A DNA stretch of 64,000 nt from Octopus vulgaris (lineage: Eukaryota), in assembly GCA_951406725.2 (NCBI GenBank), contig OX597814.1, forward strand, positions 60,636,001-60,700,000, given 5' to 3'. Below, piece by piece: positions 27,431 to 41,599 of the stretch (within the stretch, counting starts at the first letter, position 1; each line of letters starts with the position of its first letter). The notes below the pieces were generated by a model, which did no database searches, had not been told where the DNA came from, and was given only the letters and a program-made list of their open reading frames with translations. Both the position numbers and the translations under genes were made by a program.

Positions 27431-29499
27431 TAGTGAATTTCTGTCATTCAGCAAAGGGCTTCCTGTTACTAAATTAAATGCATCACATGCACCTGAACTG
27501 AAATATAAGTGGCAGAACGTTCCACAGAAACGCCTACCCATTTCCCAGGTAAGAATCAGCATCACTCAGTGTGACACAGCCTTACTACTTGAATTACAGG
27601 TACAAACTAACCCACAGGCCTGCCTTTTACCCTTTACTTGTTTCAGTCGTTAGACTACGGCCATGCTGGGACACCACCTTGAAGAATTTCAGTCGATTGA
27701 ATCAATGCCAGTACTTATTATTATTGTTTCTAAGTCAGTTATTTTTTCTTACAGCCTGTTTTGCTGAACCACTAAGTTATGGGGACGTAAACACACTGAC
27801 AATGGTTGCCAAGCAGTAGTAGGGGACAAACAGACATAAACGCACATGCATACAACAAACACACACATACGTAATGAGACAAGCTTCTTTCAATTTCCAT
27901 CTACCAAATCCACTCACAATGCTTTGATCAGCTCAAGGCTATAGTAGAAGACACTTGCCCAAAGCATTATGCAGTGGGTCTGGGCCTGGAACCATGTAAA
28001 TAGGAAGCAAACTTCTTACCACGAGCAATGCCTGCACCTATTTAAGATGAAAGCAGATCAGTCACCAGATGCCAAAACCTGGTTTATGCATGTTCAATTT
28101 TTTCATCACCATCACTATCAGCATTATTATCATCATCATAATTTAACATCTGCTTTTCATGCTGGCATGGGTTAGATGGTTTGACAGGAGTTGGTTAGGC
28201 TGTAGACTGCACCAGGCTTCAGTGTTTGTTTTGGCATAGTTTTTTTATGGATGGATGCCCTTCCTAGCACCAACCACTCCGCAAAGGGGATTGAGTGCTT
28301 TTTACATAGCACCAGCACATACAACATAAGTTTTGGCATGATATTTACAGCTGGATGTTCTTCCAAATGGCAACTACTTTATAGTGTGGACTGGATACTT
28401 TTTACATGGTACCAGTACTATGCAAGATAAAGATCCTTTGAAAGGGGAGGGGCACTGGAGGGAGTGACCTTGGGTACAATCCAATATGCAGTTTCAGTTG
28501 CTGCAGTATGTTAGTGCAAAATACATATTAAAATTGAGAATTATGGAAACATTATTTACAGAGTTATTGTATAATAAAGAAGGAGATTGGAAAGATTTTG
28601 GTAGCATTTATTCACTATTACATGTAAATTAAAATATATGAAATAATAATATTATTAAATTAAACAATATTAAATAATGGTATTATCTAACCTCTCCATC
28701 TGAAGAATTTCTAATAAGAAATACTTTACATGTCTATGTAACATGTAAATCTTTGTAATTCCTATTAGCAAAATGAATCACATGTAATCATGAATATATG
28801 CTACCAAAATATTTCCAATTTCCTGTTGTGTTGTATATGAGACACATACATAGGCACAAATACTCGCTCACACACTGGCTCTGTCTCTCAGATACTCCCC
28901 TCCTACTATTTACAATAGGTGCACCTTATCCCTTTAATATTGTAATATACAGCAACAGCAAACTGAAAAGCTGACATGAAGGGAATTTAGCAGTAAAATA
29001 GTTCCTCAGAAAGTCTTGTACATTCATTTTAGCATTGAAAAAACAGATGCAAAAAGCTGCTGCTGATGGTGGAGGCAGTAGTGGGGGGCAGGGGCAGCGC
29101 AGTAATGATGATAATGATGGTGGAGGCAGAGGTGATGGTGGTGGTGATGATGATGGTTTGGTGGTCATTGTGGTGGTGGTGGTGGCAGTGATGATGATAA
29201 TGATGATGTGTAAGTATGTGTATGAGCACATACACACGCACACATACAGACATATGCACACTTATACACATTATAGGCCTTCATGTATTTCCATCGATCA
29301 GACTCATTCACAAAGCCTGGCATTAAGACCCTTGCCTAAAATGTCATCAGTGGGACTGCATCTGAAGCCACATGGTTGTTAGGTGCAAAAAACAAACTTC
29401 TTAACCACAAAACCATGCCTGCAGGTGTGTGTGTGTATGTATGCATTGGTGCAGAATGGCCAAATACTTAAAATCCTTACTTCACAACCACAAGGTTTG

Positions 29500-30015
29500 T
29501 ATCATAGCTGTGCTGGTTTTGTCATGTGTTGCAGATGGACGCAAACAGCTCCATAAAGAAGTGACTTTCACTCAAAGTAGATGGAACTCACAGAAGAGGG
29601 AGCCCCAAGAAGACATGGGATGAAATACTGAAGGATGATCTCTGGATGCTGAACCTTGTGCAAGAGAAGACAAAGGACCTAGATACCTGGTACCTTGCTG
29701 TACTCAAGATTTGTCCTCAACAGAAGAAGTGTTCAGGCCATATGCCTTGGTGAAGAGGATTGGTCTGCAAGAGTCTTATGCTGGTGCCTCAAAAAAGCAT
29801 CTGTGCTGGTGCCATCTAAAAGAGTTTGTGTTGGTGGCACATTAAAAGCACCCAGTGCATACCGTGAAGTGGCTGGCATTAGGAAGAGTATCCAACCTAA
29901 GAAACCAGGCCAAATCAAACTGGAATCTGGTGCAGTTTTCCAGCTTGCCAGTTCTGGTCAAAGCATCCAACCAATACCAGCAAGGAAACAGACATTAAAG
30001 GATGCTGATGATGAT
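29500..30015 (+). mobile_element. Decayed RTE LINE 3' end
   Basis: WFCHV..MD...GSPRR.WDE..KDDL remnant and shared tail. Confidence 0.65.
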
Positions 30016-31046
30016 GAAGAAAAAATTGGGCAGACATAAACTGTATAGAAGCTGGGTTTTGGCATTTTGTAACTGATCTGTTTACATCTTATAGAGGTGT
30101 ATGCATGACTGTGTGGTAAGAAGTTTGTTTCCTATTTACATGGTGAATGTTGGCAACAGGAAGGGCATCCAGCTGTAGAAAATCTGCATTCTATCTGACC
30201 TATGCAAGCATGGAAATGATGATGCCGATGATGATAATGAGGATCATTATCATAATGGTGATGATGGTGGCAGTGATGATAATGATGATGATATATGAGA
30301 TGGGGTGGGGGTAGCATTGAGTGAGAGAAAGAGAGAACAGGAGAAAGATAAACATGAACACACAAATGCAAACACAGACGCTCACACATTCAGATACAGG
30401 CTAAAGAAGCAATGAGAAGCAATCTTACTGAATTTATTCATATTGTTATAAATAATATTAAATCAGTCATTTCCCTTTCTCTTTACATTTATTTATTTAT
30501 TTATTTTTTTGTCTTTCTTTCAGAAATGAAATATTTAATTAGGAACTAGAAAATAACAAGCAGAAGTTCATTAGGAAAATTTGATTACACATAAAGGAAA
30601 TAAAGCATTAATCTATTTAGTTGTAATTTTAAGGATTGTTAATCTCATATTTACTCCAAAAAAGACAAGATGAGTTGCTGTATGATGTACCACTACACAG
30701 CATAAATAGAATAAATAGATCATTCTGGAGACAAAGGAAATACATTCAGTTGCAAAGTGAAGGACTAAAATTATAAACATCTACATCAGGCATAGGCATG
30801 GCTATGACGTTAAGAAGCCTGCTTCCCAAGCATGTGGTGGGAGTTGCAAAGTGACTCAAAAGCCAAGAGGTTCATATGTTGGCACTTTGATAAGTAACAA
30901 TGCATGAAACTCTTAGTTCTTGAGTCACTGTGTAACTTCTACTGATTATATATATGTATATACAATTAGAGGTTAAAATAGCCTCGTTAAGGGATAGTAA
31001 TATCCAATGAATTACTGGTTCATTGCCTAGTAGTTTTGTCAATAAT

Positions 31047-31560
31047 ATTAGGTCGAAGAAAAAGTTTGTGCGCCATGTTAAAACAATGATTTTTCATGCA
31101 AGAATTTACTCAAAAACAATGACAACTATTCTTCAAAATAATGATCAACATTTTCCATGACCTTCTGCCAACAATCTGCAAGCTTTTGGATTTGGTCAAA
31201 GTACCAATCCTTTGGCTTTGAATTGAAAATTTCTTGACAGGCTTCTTCAACTTTGTCGAATGGCTCAAATTGGCGACCTTTCATAAAGTACTGCATTGAT
31301 CGGAAGAGACCGAAATCATATGGAGCAATGTCTGGACTATAGGCTGGAGGCAGCAGAACTTCCACACCGTCCAATTCTTCAATCTTGTTGCTGGTTTTTC
31401 TGGCAGTATGAAACTTTGCATTGTCTTGTTGAAACACAGAGCGTTTTCAACAAGCAAATCACAGGTACTTTTCAACCAGCACACCATAGACTTGATGAAA
31501 TTGCTCACAGTAAAGTTCAGTGTTGATGGCGTGACCATTCGGCACAAGCTGAGTGTGTGT
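31047..31560 (-). mobile_element. Mariner transposase relic with one TIR
   Basis: QQDNAKFH...YSPDIAPYD.GLFRSM...WQKV (DD34D-type catalytic region); TIR-like tattaggtcgaagaaaaagtt at the left end. Confidence 0.88.
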
Positions 31561-32215
31561 ATATATATACATTTAAGTTTCAAGTTCTAGTTTCCTAGTT
31601 TGTATTACTAAACATATATGCATGTATATGTGTGTGTGTGTGTATATGTATGCACACACACATACATGTTAATTGACACACCAACATACAGTGGTCAAGG
31701 TGTCCCACTGCAAGGTACCTTGGCCAAGTGTCTTCTACAATAGCCCTGGACCAACAAAGCCTTGTGAGTAGATTTCATAGATGGAAACTGAAAGAAGCCC
31801 ATTGTCGGGTATCTTTGTCTTGATGTAATGGTTGTAAACGACCATAACCATTGTACAAGTGATGTTGTTCATCTCCAGTCTTCTGTAAAAAGACATGCCT
31901 AGCCATGGAGGTATATTACTTTGCTCAGAAACAAACGCGAGAAGAGCATCCAGCCACAGGAAATCTGATGGTGATAATGATGATGATGATGGCATCCGTG
32001 AATGTTTAAAGTCCATGTGCCTTACTGCTGTGGCCATGTGGGTGAACATATTACAATCTTTAGTTTAGATATGAAGGTTCCTAGTTCAAATCTGAGCAAG
32101 TTTTATGTACATAAAGAACATCCCACCCCTCCTGAGGATCTTAGAACAAACAAAATTAAAGGAGTATCGGTGTAACTATTTTTAAAAATGGTTCATCTCA
32201 AAATGTGAAGTTTAT

Positions 32216-32930
32216 AGTATGTAAAATCATAACCTAATTGACAATAATTCATCTCAGAAATTTAGACAGTAAGTTATTTTAGTACCAACCCTCCTGTCTC
32301 CTCTCATACTAAAGAGTACTCCTTTGCTTTTAAGCCTGGTATTTATTCTATTGGTCTCTTTTGCCAAACTAACATGTTACAAGGATGTAAACAAACCAAC
32401 ACCAGTTATCAAGTGGTGGTGGAGGAAAACACTAAGACATGCATGCATGCACAAGCATGCACATGCACGCACATGTGCGCACACACACACACACACTCTC
32501 ACACATGTCAGGCTTCCTTCAGTTTCCATCTACCAAACCCACTCACAAGATTTAAATTGATCTAAGGCTATAACAGAAGACACTTGCCCAAGCTTCTACA
32601 CAGCTTCTCACCACACAACCTCACCTGTACTTATAATGTTTTATATATATTTTCATCAAATTTATGTACTATTTATTTTTTAATTGAATAATTATTATTC
32701 TTTATAGGTGTAGGAGTGGCTGTGTGGTAAGTAGCTTGCTTACGAACCACATAGTTCCGAGTTTAGTCCCGCTGCGTGGCACCTTGGGCAAGTGTCTTCT
32801 ACTAAAGCCTCGGGCTGACTAAAGCCTTGTGAGTGGATTTGGTAGACAGAAACTGAAAGAAGCCTGTCGTATGTATGTGTGTTTGTGTGTGTGTGTGCGC
32901 TTGTGTGTCTGTGCTTGTCCCCCCATCATC
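32216..32930. repeat. Left arm of 715-bp inverted duplication
   Basis: Reverse complement of 35435-36149, including unique sequence and SINE junctions; only one substitution noticed (C vs S in the mirrored ORFs). Confidence 0.93.
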
Positions 32931-34348
32931 AATTGACAACCGATGCTAGTGTGTTTATGTCCTCGTAACTTAGCAGTTCGGCAAAAGAGACCAATAGAAT
33001 AAGTACTAGGCTTGCAAAGAATAAGTCCTGGGATCGATTTGTTCAACTAAAGGCAGTGCTTCAGCATAGCCACAGTCAAATGACTGAAACAAGTAAAAGA
33101 GTAAAGAGTAATTAATTAACAGACATTCCTAATTTTATACCCCCACCACCACCACCGTGTTTGATCTTAGCAGCAGAGAGACAAAGAGTTTGATACAAAA
33201 ATGTCCCCCGCCTTCTTCTCAGTTACCTGTTTTGATTCTGCAAAACATTGAAATGAATAGATGTACAGCAGGTAATTAGATAATCAAATGTGATTGTTTA
33301 ACCCTTATTGGAGACATCCTTGAACTCAAGTTTTTATTTATTTATTTACTCATTACTTATTCTAAGACTACATCTAATGTGCCCTTCCCTTTTCAAGATG
33401 ATAAGGTTCATTTTTTAACCCTTTAGCATTTAACCCAGCCATATCCAGCCCAAATATTCTACTTGATTTATGTTGAAAGTGGCCAGATCTGGCCTCTCAG
33501 ACCCATCCTACATTGTAATTCTAAAAATAAATAATCATGTCATTGAAATTCTAAAGCTATGAGACAATGTATGATTAATTCATAAAGCAATGTGAACGCA
33601 TAAGCATTGCTCTTGGCAGGTTAATCTGAACACTAAATGGTTAAGAGCTGAAGGAGATTCATGACCTACGTTCAGCAGCAGCAGGAGAGATAGTAGTAGT
33701 AAAGAAAAAAGGACACCCTTTCAAAGTAACAGGTATAGGATTATCAAAACACAAGCAAACAACATGACAAACAAACATCCAAAAAAAATGATAGAAAATA
33801 AACAATCTCTCAATTATCAGTGAAATCAATAGTAAAAATACACAGCTGTAAAAAGAATGGAAAGCAAGATAAATACTACTCAGGTATAAACATTAAAAAA
33901 AAGTGCTTGAAATCAAAATACATCTGAAATAAGAGATCCTTGCTAAATTGTAAAGAATCCATCATTCCAACAGTTCAACACTAATTCCAAACAATTCTGT
34001 AAAGAACTACAAAAATTAAATAGAAACTAATGTAGCACTAACAGAATAGGAGTAATTTTGAGAGTGAGTAATAGATAGCAAAGGAATTGGCATCGGTGGT
34101 TTCTTCATTACCATCATTATTATTATTATCCTCATCATCATTTCAGCATCCATTTTGCCATGCTAGTTTATTGAGGGAGATTTGCTATGGTCAGACACCC
34201 TTTCTGCCACCAACCCTTACTTGTTCCAAGTAAGCTGATATTACCCCATAGTCAGACATGTTTTCACAAAATATTGGAAATGAATGACACTTGTATACAA
34301 CAATCACATGTACATAGATGCGTGTGTGTGTGTGTGAGTGTATACATA

Positions 34349-34901
34349 TGAGGTTTGATCAAAAAGCATCAGGACTGGTGCTGTTAAAAGAAAACAACCC
34401 ACATACCGATTCAGCATTTAATCTTCTTTGAAGTAGCCCCCTTCTGAAGCCATACACTTTATACTGCATTGTTTCCATTGATGGAAGCATTCCTGGAACT
34501 CCACTTCTGAGAGAGTGAGCAGCTGCCCCATCACATACTCTTTGATTTTCTCAGAGTCTTGAGATCTTGTCCCTTTCAAGCAAGATTTGATTTTTTTAGA
34601 AAGATTCTTTGCCATATTAACCTTCAAGCTATGTCTCTTTCCATGTGCACACACACACACACACACACATACATTTTCTCTGCATGGTCACTGATGGAAC
34701 TTCTGTCATGTGGTGAGAGGACCACACTATACACACTTTACATCCAAGCACTTTTATAAATATTAGAAGTTAGTGAGAATGTTATAACTTAGTATGCATG
34801 CATGACACAGTTCAAGGTCAATCTATACCAAGCAGCTTCACTGTGTGTACTTTAGTACCATAACCAAAGAAACCATTCTGATACTTTTTAATCAGACCTC
34901 A
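34349..34901 (-). mobile_element. Deleted mariner element with both TIRs
   Basis: TIRs tgaggtttgatcaaaaagcatcag / ctgatactttttaatcagacctca; TA flanks; KIKSCLKG.R...FQECFHQW..C..SEGGYFK C-terminus. Confidence 0.85.
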
Positions 34902-35154
34902 TATATATGTGTGTATTCTTTTACTTGTTTCAGTCAATTTGACAGTGGCCATGCTGAAGCACCACCTTAAAGGGATTTTTTTATAGTCAAAGCAATCAAC
35001 TCCAAGACTTACTCTTTGTAAGCCTAGTAGTTATTCTATCAGTTTCATCTGCTGAACTGTTCTCACAGGGATGTAAACACACCAACATCAGTTGTTAAGT
35101 GATTGTGGGGGGGGAGGACAAACACAGGCACAAAGGTACACACACATAAATATA

Positions 35155-35204
<50 letters not shown>

Positions 35205-35223
35205 ACAGACTTCTTTCAGTTTC

Positions 35224-37211
35224 CGTCAACTAACACTTTCCGACTTCACTGCGAACTAACATGAACTTCTCTCAACTCTAAACTCTGAACTCACTCAGAT
35301 TGTTACTATTTATACATTACTCAGACCAGTCTATCTTTCACAAGGGGGTGCCATAATTCACATTACAACATCTCCCCTTTTGAGATATCGACTACTGTGA
35401 GAAAATGGAATTTCTTTTATTTTTATTCTTACCAGATGATGGGGGGACAAGCACAGACACACAAGCGCACACACACACACAAACACACATACATACGACA
35501 GGCTTCTTTCAGTTTCTGTCTACCAAATCCACTCACAAGGCTTTAGTCAGCCCGAGGCTTTAGTAGAAGACACTTGCCCAAGGTGCCACGCAGCGGGACT
35601 AAACTCGGAACTATGTGGTTCGTAAGCAAGCTACTTACCACACAGCCACTCCTACACCTATAAAGAATAATAATTATTCAATTAAAAAATAAATAGTACA
35701 TAAATTTGATGAAAATATATATAAAACATTATAAGTACAGGTGAGGTTGTGTGGTGAGAAGCTGTGTAGAAGCTTGGGCAAGTGTCTTCTGTTATAGCCT
35801 TAGATCAATTTAAATCTTGTGAGTGGGTTTGGTAGATGGAAACTGAAGGAAGCCTGACATGTGTGAGAGTGTGTGTGTGTGTGTGCGCACATGTGCGTGC
35901 ATGTGCATGCTTGTGCATGCATGCATGTCTTAGTGTTTTCCTCCACCACCACTTGATAACTGGTGTTGGTTTGTTTACATCCTTGTAACTTGTTAGTTTG
36001 GCAAAAGAGACCAATAGAATAAATACCAGGCTTAAAAGCAAAGGAGTACTCTTTAGTATGAGAGGAGACAGGAGGGTTGGTACTAAAATAACTTACTGTC
36101 TAAATTTCTGAGATGAATTATTGTCAATTAGGTTATGATTTTACATACTCCTTCTTTTTGTAATTTTTTTAGCTGTTGTATTTTAATTGTTGCCTGACTT
36201 TTAAGGTAGCATTGTTCATTGCACAGACCACTCTTTTTTTTCATTGTACTAAGCACACGTGTGCTTTTTTTTTTTTTTTTTTTTTCAACTTAGTACTACT
36301 TCCAGGTATTCAGTCTGTTTTCATTTTCCAAAGCTAGTTCTATGGAGTTCAATATCTCTTGGTGCTAGCACTTCAAACATATCATAGAAGACTTCCAATG
36401 GTATTACTCTTCATTCTTCTATATGTCTCATCTTTAACTGGTTAAGGTGCCTCTTATGTTCCAATTGTTGTCCTCTAATTAAATACATCATATTACCTAA
36501 TCTTTTGACTACACAGTCATCCTCCCAACCTTTTTTACCATTTTTGTAATTTTTAAAATGAACTTTATCTCCTACTTTGAAATGGTTTTTAATATTTCTT
36601 GTATTTCCTTCAAATGTATTTTTTGTCTTCCCTTTATGTGTCTTTTCCAGAAAATAATTTATTGAAGATTGATTTTATTTTATCACTGTTATAACTGAAT
36701 TCATTAATCGAGTTCAAAACACTGTCTGGTGAAAACAAACTTATCTCATTTTTGGCCTTCTTTGAATATAGCTCCAATAATTGTTGTTGTAGTTGTTGCT
36801 GTCATAGTTGCTTCTGCAACTCCTGTTGCTATTCTTGTTGTTGCTTTTGCAACTGTACTACGGAAGCTAATAGGTCTTCCATTATTTAACAAGTTGTATC
36901 ATGAATAAATTGTTAAGTAACCTATGTGAGCTTTGGAAACCTCATCGCCAGATTTTGTAACATAGTTTGTTATGTACAATAAATAAGATAACCAGACAAC
37001 AGTAGAGACACAATGTAACAATCTAAACAAATCTCTTTACAAAACAACTATCAATATTTGTTGTCAACTAACCAATCTTCTGATTTCACTGCAAACTAAC
37101 ATGAACTTCACTCAACTCCAAACTCTGAACTCACTTGGGTTGTTACTATTTATACTTTATTCAGACCAGTCTATCTCTCACAAGGGGGGCGTTGGAACTC
37201 TCATCACAACA
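35224..37211 (-). mobile_element. Internally deleted Gypsy LTR retrotransposon
   Basis: 5' LTR 37211-36956 (TGT...ACA); PBS TGGCGATGAGG 36950-36940; decayed gag start MEDLLASVVQLQKQQQ..FSPDSVLNSINEFSY from 36882; integrase C-terminus (WED..VVKRLGNMMYLI...KRHLNQLK) at about 36560-36400; PPT AAAAGGGGAGA 35381-35371; truncated 3' LTR 35370-35224. Confidence 0.88.
35435..36149. repeat. Right arm of 715-bp inverted duplication, inside the Gypsy relic
   Basis: See 32216-32930. Confidence 0.93.
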
Positions 37212-37289
37212 CCCTTAAAGCTACAAACTCATTAACACATTACCTGCATTTCTACAGCATACAATGTCTTAACTGTAATGATATACTGC

Positions 37290-37620
37290 AGAATAAACAA
37301 TCCTCTGGCAAGTAAACAAAGTATTCCCAGAAGAACAGACTGGCTTCTATAAAGATTCATATGGTTTTAAGATCAATATATGATCAGCAAAGCTATAAAG
37401 GAAACTTTAGTAAGTGAAAGAAGGCTTTTAGCATGGAATACATTGACTACCAGGAGGCTTTTGCAAATATCCCCTAGACATGGATCCTGGAAATATGAGT
37501 CATGTGTAAGCTAGCACCAATAAAGAAAAATAAAAAAGGCAAAAAAAAATGAAGCATACCATGATTAAATGACAGACACTTCTATTGCAGGTCAACATTT
37601 ATAAAACAACTGTGATCCAT
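37290..37620 (+). mobile_element. Decayed non-LTR reverse transcriptase fragment (R4-like)
   Basis: PEEQ.G and IDYQEAF..IP..WI motifs with frameshifts. Confidence 0.55.
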
Positions 37621-38624
37621 GCATCAATCTTTAATTTAATTATACAAACCCATGTCTCTGCTAAAACACACACACATATGAAACACCCAGCCCTCTATTT
37701 TTTATTCGACACTTTATTCACATGGTCATCTACATTGTATGTGTGTGTGTGTGTGTAAACACAAGCATACAATGAGTCAGCCTCCCCAGTTCTCTTTAAA
37801 TTGTACCCATGTGGGGGTCTTCATCTCAACACTACAAAGTAACTAAACAAAAGCCCACAAGTGAACCACCATGTAGTTATTCAACTTGCTAGAAATAGCA
37901 GCCAAATCTTCTTTAAATTACACACTACCCTTTTACATAAGAAAAAAAAGGTTACATTCAATAATGTAATCCTATACACACTTAAAACCAATGGTAGGGT
38001 CATAAACAAAATGCTTTTGATGGTAGTCCTGTTACATCAGGGATGACTTGAAAGTAAACCACAACAAAAAAAAAACTCATTATATAGTTCCCTTGCTGCT
38101 TACTACAGTGACCTGTACTTCTTCATAATGCCTATTTACTATTTGGTAGATTATGCCATCAGAAGTTGAGTTTAGAAAAGACACAATACTGGTTACTACC
38201 ATACTATGTTGATGACAGAAGCAATTGATATAGGGATAAGTTGGGAACATATCTAACACTGGCCTATATCCAGAAATGGACTTCATCTCAGCATCGCTAT
38301 GCAAAGCAAATATTTGTGGATTGTATACAACAGTAAACTGTGACAAAACTTCAAAGACAAGCACAAGTAACACATTATTTTTAAAAAAAATTATGTTTAT
38401 AATCAATTTAATCATTCTCAGTACATAGAGCGGTTACTAATTTCAACAATTCCAAAGAAGATGAAAGACAAATGCTACCATCAGAAAATTTTATCGCAGA
38501 ACACTAAAGTTAACAGCTAAAAATTTCAAGATATTTGGGAATTTTGCAATTAAACCATCATTTTCCACCCTTTACAGCCTCTGAGGAACTTGGCCTGTAA
38601 TCTGGGTCAGCAACATCTATATTA

Positions 38625-39590
38625 TTTGTAAAATTAGAATATGTCACTTCAAAGTGAGATTAATGATTTCAATGTGAGAGCATATTACTTCCAAGAGACA
38701 GTAGCAATTTCTAAGGAAGGAAATGACACTTCAAAGGAAGACTAGTGATTTCAAAGAGAAGACATATCGCTTCAAAATGAAATCAAGGATTTCAAAACGA
38801 GCATGTCACTTCATTGTGGGGATAGTAATTTCAAAGTGAGATCACATTACCTCAGAGTGAGATTAATAATTTCAAAACGAGCACATTTCATCTAAGCAAA
38901 GCTTAAACTTACTTGACTTGATTAACTAAGAATAATATATCATGATTCAGGAAGATGTAGCAAGGAAACATTTGTCAATTGGAGAATAAGTTGCTATATC
39001 TTAAATAAAACAAAATTGAAAACACTAACGTTTTAATCACAAGATGTCAACCATGTATACTGTAGTGACAAAAGTTATTTCCCCTGTATAGTAGTGACAA
39101 GAGTTATTTCCCCCTGTACAGATTGCCATGATCTTGGATTGGGCTACAAAGTATTTTGGTAACTAACTTCATAGGCATTCTTTTAAAGACTGCAAACAAA
39201 CTAATTTTAGATTCTTTGAAGATAGGAAAACAAGAAGCCTTACACAATGGTGGTTTACACAATATGAAGGATAATGATGAGATTTATATCTATTGGTAAG
39301 AGATAACAAATAATCCATCCATTTAATAACCTTGTGAAAGATAAATGTGGACTTGATATTAGATTTGCTGCAAGAACCACTTATAAGTGATTGTTACATA
39401 TCAAAATTCATGGGTAAATTCATACTGTTGACATTACAAATTATATTACACTGTTCCAATGTTATATTCTATTGTTAAATAATACTTTTCTCATTAATCT
39501 CACTTTGCAGTTGCTATTCACACTTTGAAAAGGCCAAATCTCATTTTGAAAATGTTAATCTCACTTCGAAGTGACGTGTGCTCACAATTA
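38625..39590. mobile_element. Old TIR element with subterminal minisatellite
   Basis: gtcacttcaaagtgagattaa repeated across 38640-38890 and in inverted form at 39485-39590. Confidence 0.55.
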
Positions 39591-39887
39591 GAAATATTGC
39601 AGTCAATAGAAGAGTTTTAGTAAGTTCATTTTTCCCAATAAGTGAAGAATCTGGCATTTCGTGCCATACTCTTCATATGAGGCAGGGAGGTGATGTTACC
39701 AAAGGTAGACTGAGCCACTGGGGACCAAATTTACTGCTGAAGGATTTAGGGCATCACTTATAGTAAGATACAAAGCATGAAACCAGCAGCTTAGTAGGTA
39801 AGTTGACATTCCATGAAACTCAAACAAAATCAAAATCAAAACATTCCTATAAAAGATGGAACATATGAGACTAATTTCTCCACTCAC

Positions 39888-40007
39888 CTGTATTAAACAC
39901 ATGTTTTCCATTTCTTGGAAATAATCTGTTGCATAATCCCAAACATCTTGCAAATGTTTGTCGGAATCGAAAATATTTCGAAGACTTTGTCCGTTGGGAT
40001 GCCGGAT
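39888..40007 (-). CDS. UBX-domain protein exon (IRHPNGQSLRNIFDSDKHLQDVWDYATDYFQEMENMCLIQ), UBX N-terminal half
   Basis: Acceptor ctccttttacttttag|ATC, donor CAG|gtgagt; 120 nt, phase 0/0. IRxPxG..L...F.....L.DV matches the UBX consensus. Confidence 0.92.
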
Positions 40008-40814
40008 CTAAAAGTAAAAGGAGAAAGTTTCTCTGATGTATAAAACAAAGTAAACAAACCAACACACATTCATCAATTACAAACCACACAGACTTGAATT
40101 CATCAATATAAAACAAAACACATCATCACATGGAATTGAGACAGATTTTCTATTGTCAGATGCCCTTAGTCAGTGACCTTTACCTGTCTCCAAGGAAGGT
40201 AATAATACTACAAATGACCATACTCAGAAATTGGGATGTGTCCTGTTACTTGTACAATTCGGGAAGGTCAGCTTAGACTGGTTGGTCATGTGGCTTGGTT
40301 TTCTAAATAGGATCAAGTATACTATGTTCTTTTCTGTGAGGTGCAGGCATGGCTGTGTGGTAAGTTTGTTTCTCAGCCACATGGTTCCAGGTTCATTCTC
40401 ACAGTATGATACCATGAGCAAGTATCTTCTACTATATTCTCAGGCCAACTTAAACCATGTGTTTGTCCTCCACACCACCCTCACTTGACAACTGGCATTG
40501 GTGTGATTATATCCCCATAACTTAGCAGTTCAGCAAAAGAAACTGAAAGAATAAATATTAGGCTTAAAAAGAAAATAAGTACTGGGGTTGATTCATTTCA
40601 CTAAAAATTCTTCAAGGTGGTATATATGTATAAGTAAAACATTTTACCTTCGCCCATATAATACAATAAATGAACTAATTGCATTGCAATTGTAAGCATC
40701 TATGTATTAGCCTTTTGGGTATCTTACTGGCAGTATATTGGATAAATGATATCCCATAGTGGGTTACAATCATAACCCCTATCTCACTTTGTACTTTAAT
40801 GTATATATATATAT

Positions 40815-41565
40815 CATCATCATCGTTTAGCATCCGCTTTCCATGGGTTGGACGGTTCAACTGGGGTCTGGGAAGCCAGAAGGCTGCACCAGGCCCAGTC
40901 TGATCTGGCAATGTTTCTATGGCTGGATGCTCTTCCTAACGCCAACCACTCCATGAGTGTAGTGGGTGCTTTTTACGTGCCACCGGCACAGGTACCAGAC
41001 GAGGCTGGCTAAAGGCCACAATCGGATGGTGCTTTTTACATGCCACCGCACGAAGGCCAGTTGGGGCGGCACTGGCAACGGCCACGTTCGGATGGTTCTC
41101 TTATGTGCCACCAGCACTAGTATCACAGCTACAATTTCCATTGATGTTGATTGACTTCGATTTTGATTTTTATTTTCACTTGCCTCAACAGGTCTTCACA
41201 AGTAGAGTTTTGTGTCCCAAGAAGGCAAGGTATGCATAAGTGTACTGGCATAGGTGGACTGGCTACATCCCAGGTAGAGGCCACATGTTATGGTCTCACT
41301 TGTCCAGCCAGGTCTTCTCACACACAGCATACTTCCAAAGGTCTCGGTCTCTAGTCATTTCCTCGGTAAGACCTAAAGTTCGAAGGTCGTACTTCACCAC
41401 TTCGTCCCAGGTTTTCCTGGGTCTGCCTCTTCCACAGGTTCCCTCAACCGCTAGGGTGTGGCACTTTTTCACACAACTATCTTCATCCATTCTCACCACA
41501 TGACCATACCAGCGCAAATGTCTCTCTTGCACACCACAACTGATGCTTCTTAGGTCCAAGCATAT
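40815..41565 (-). mobile_element. RTE-clade LINE 3' end
   Basis: RLRWYGHVVRM-type...GRGRPRKTW.EVV..DL C-terminus, tandem 3' UTR repeats, (GAT)n tail. Confidence 0.85.
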
Positions 41566-41599
41566 ATATATATTGGGCCATCTCATAAATAATGTGCAA

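Noticed and set aside
27050-27565. Long ORFs rich in C/V/Y/M (also 8350, 26114, 59022)
   Set aside because: Translations of microsatellites.
28926-29382. Pro/His/Gly-rich ORFs
   Set aside because: Degenerate (GAT/GGT)n trinucleotide repeat without splice signals.
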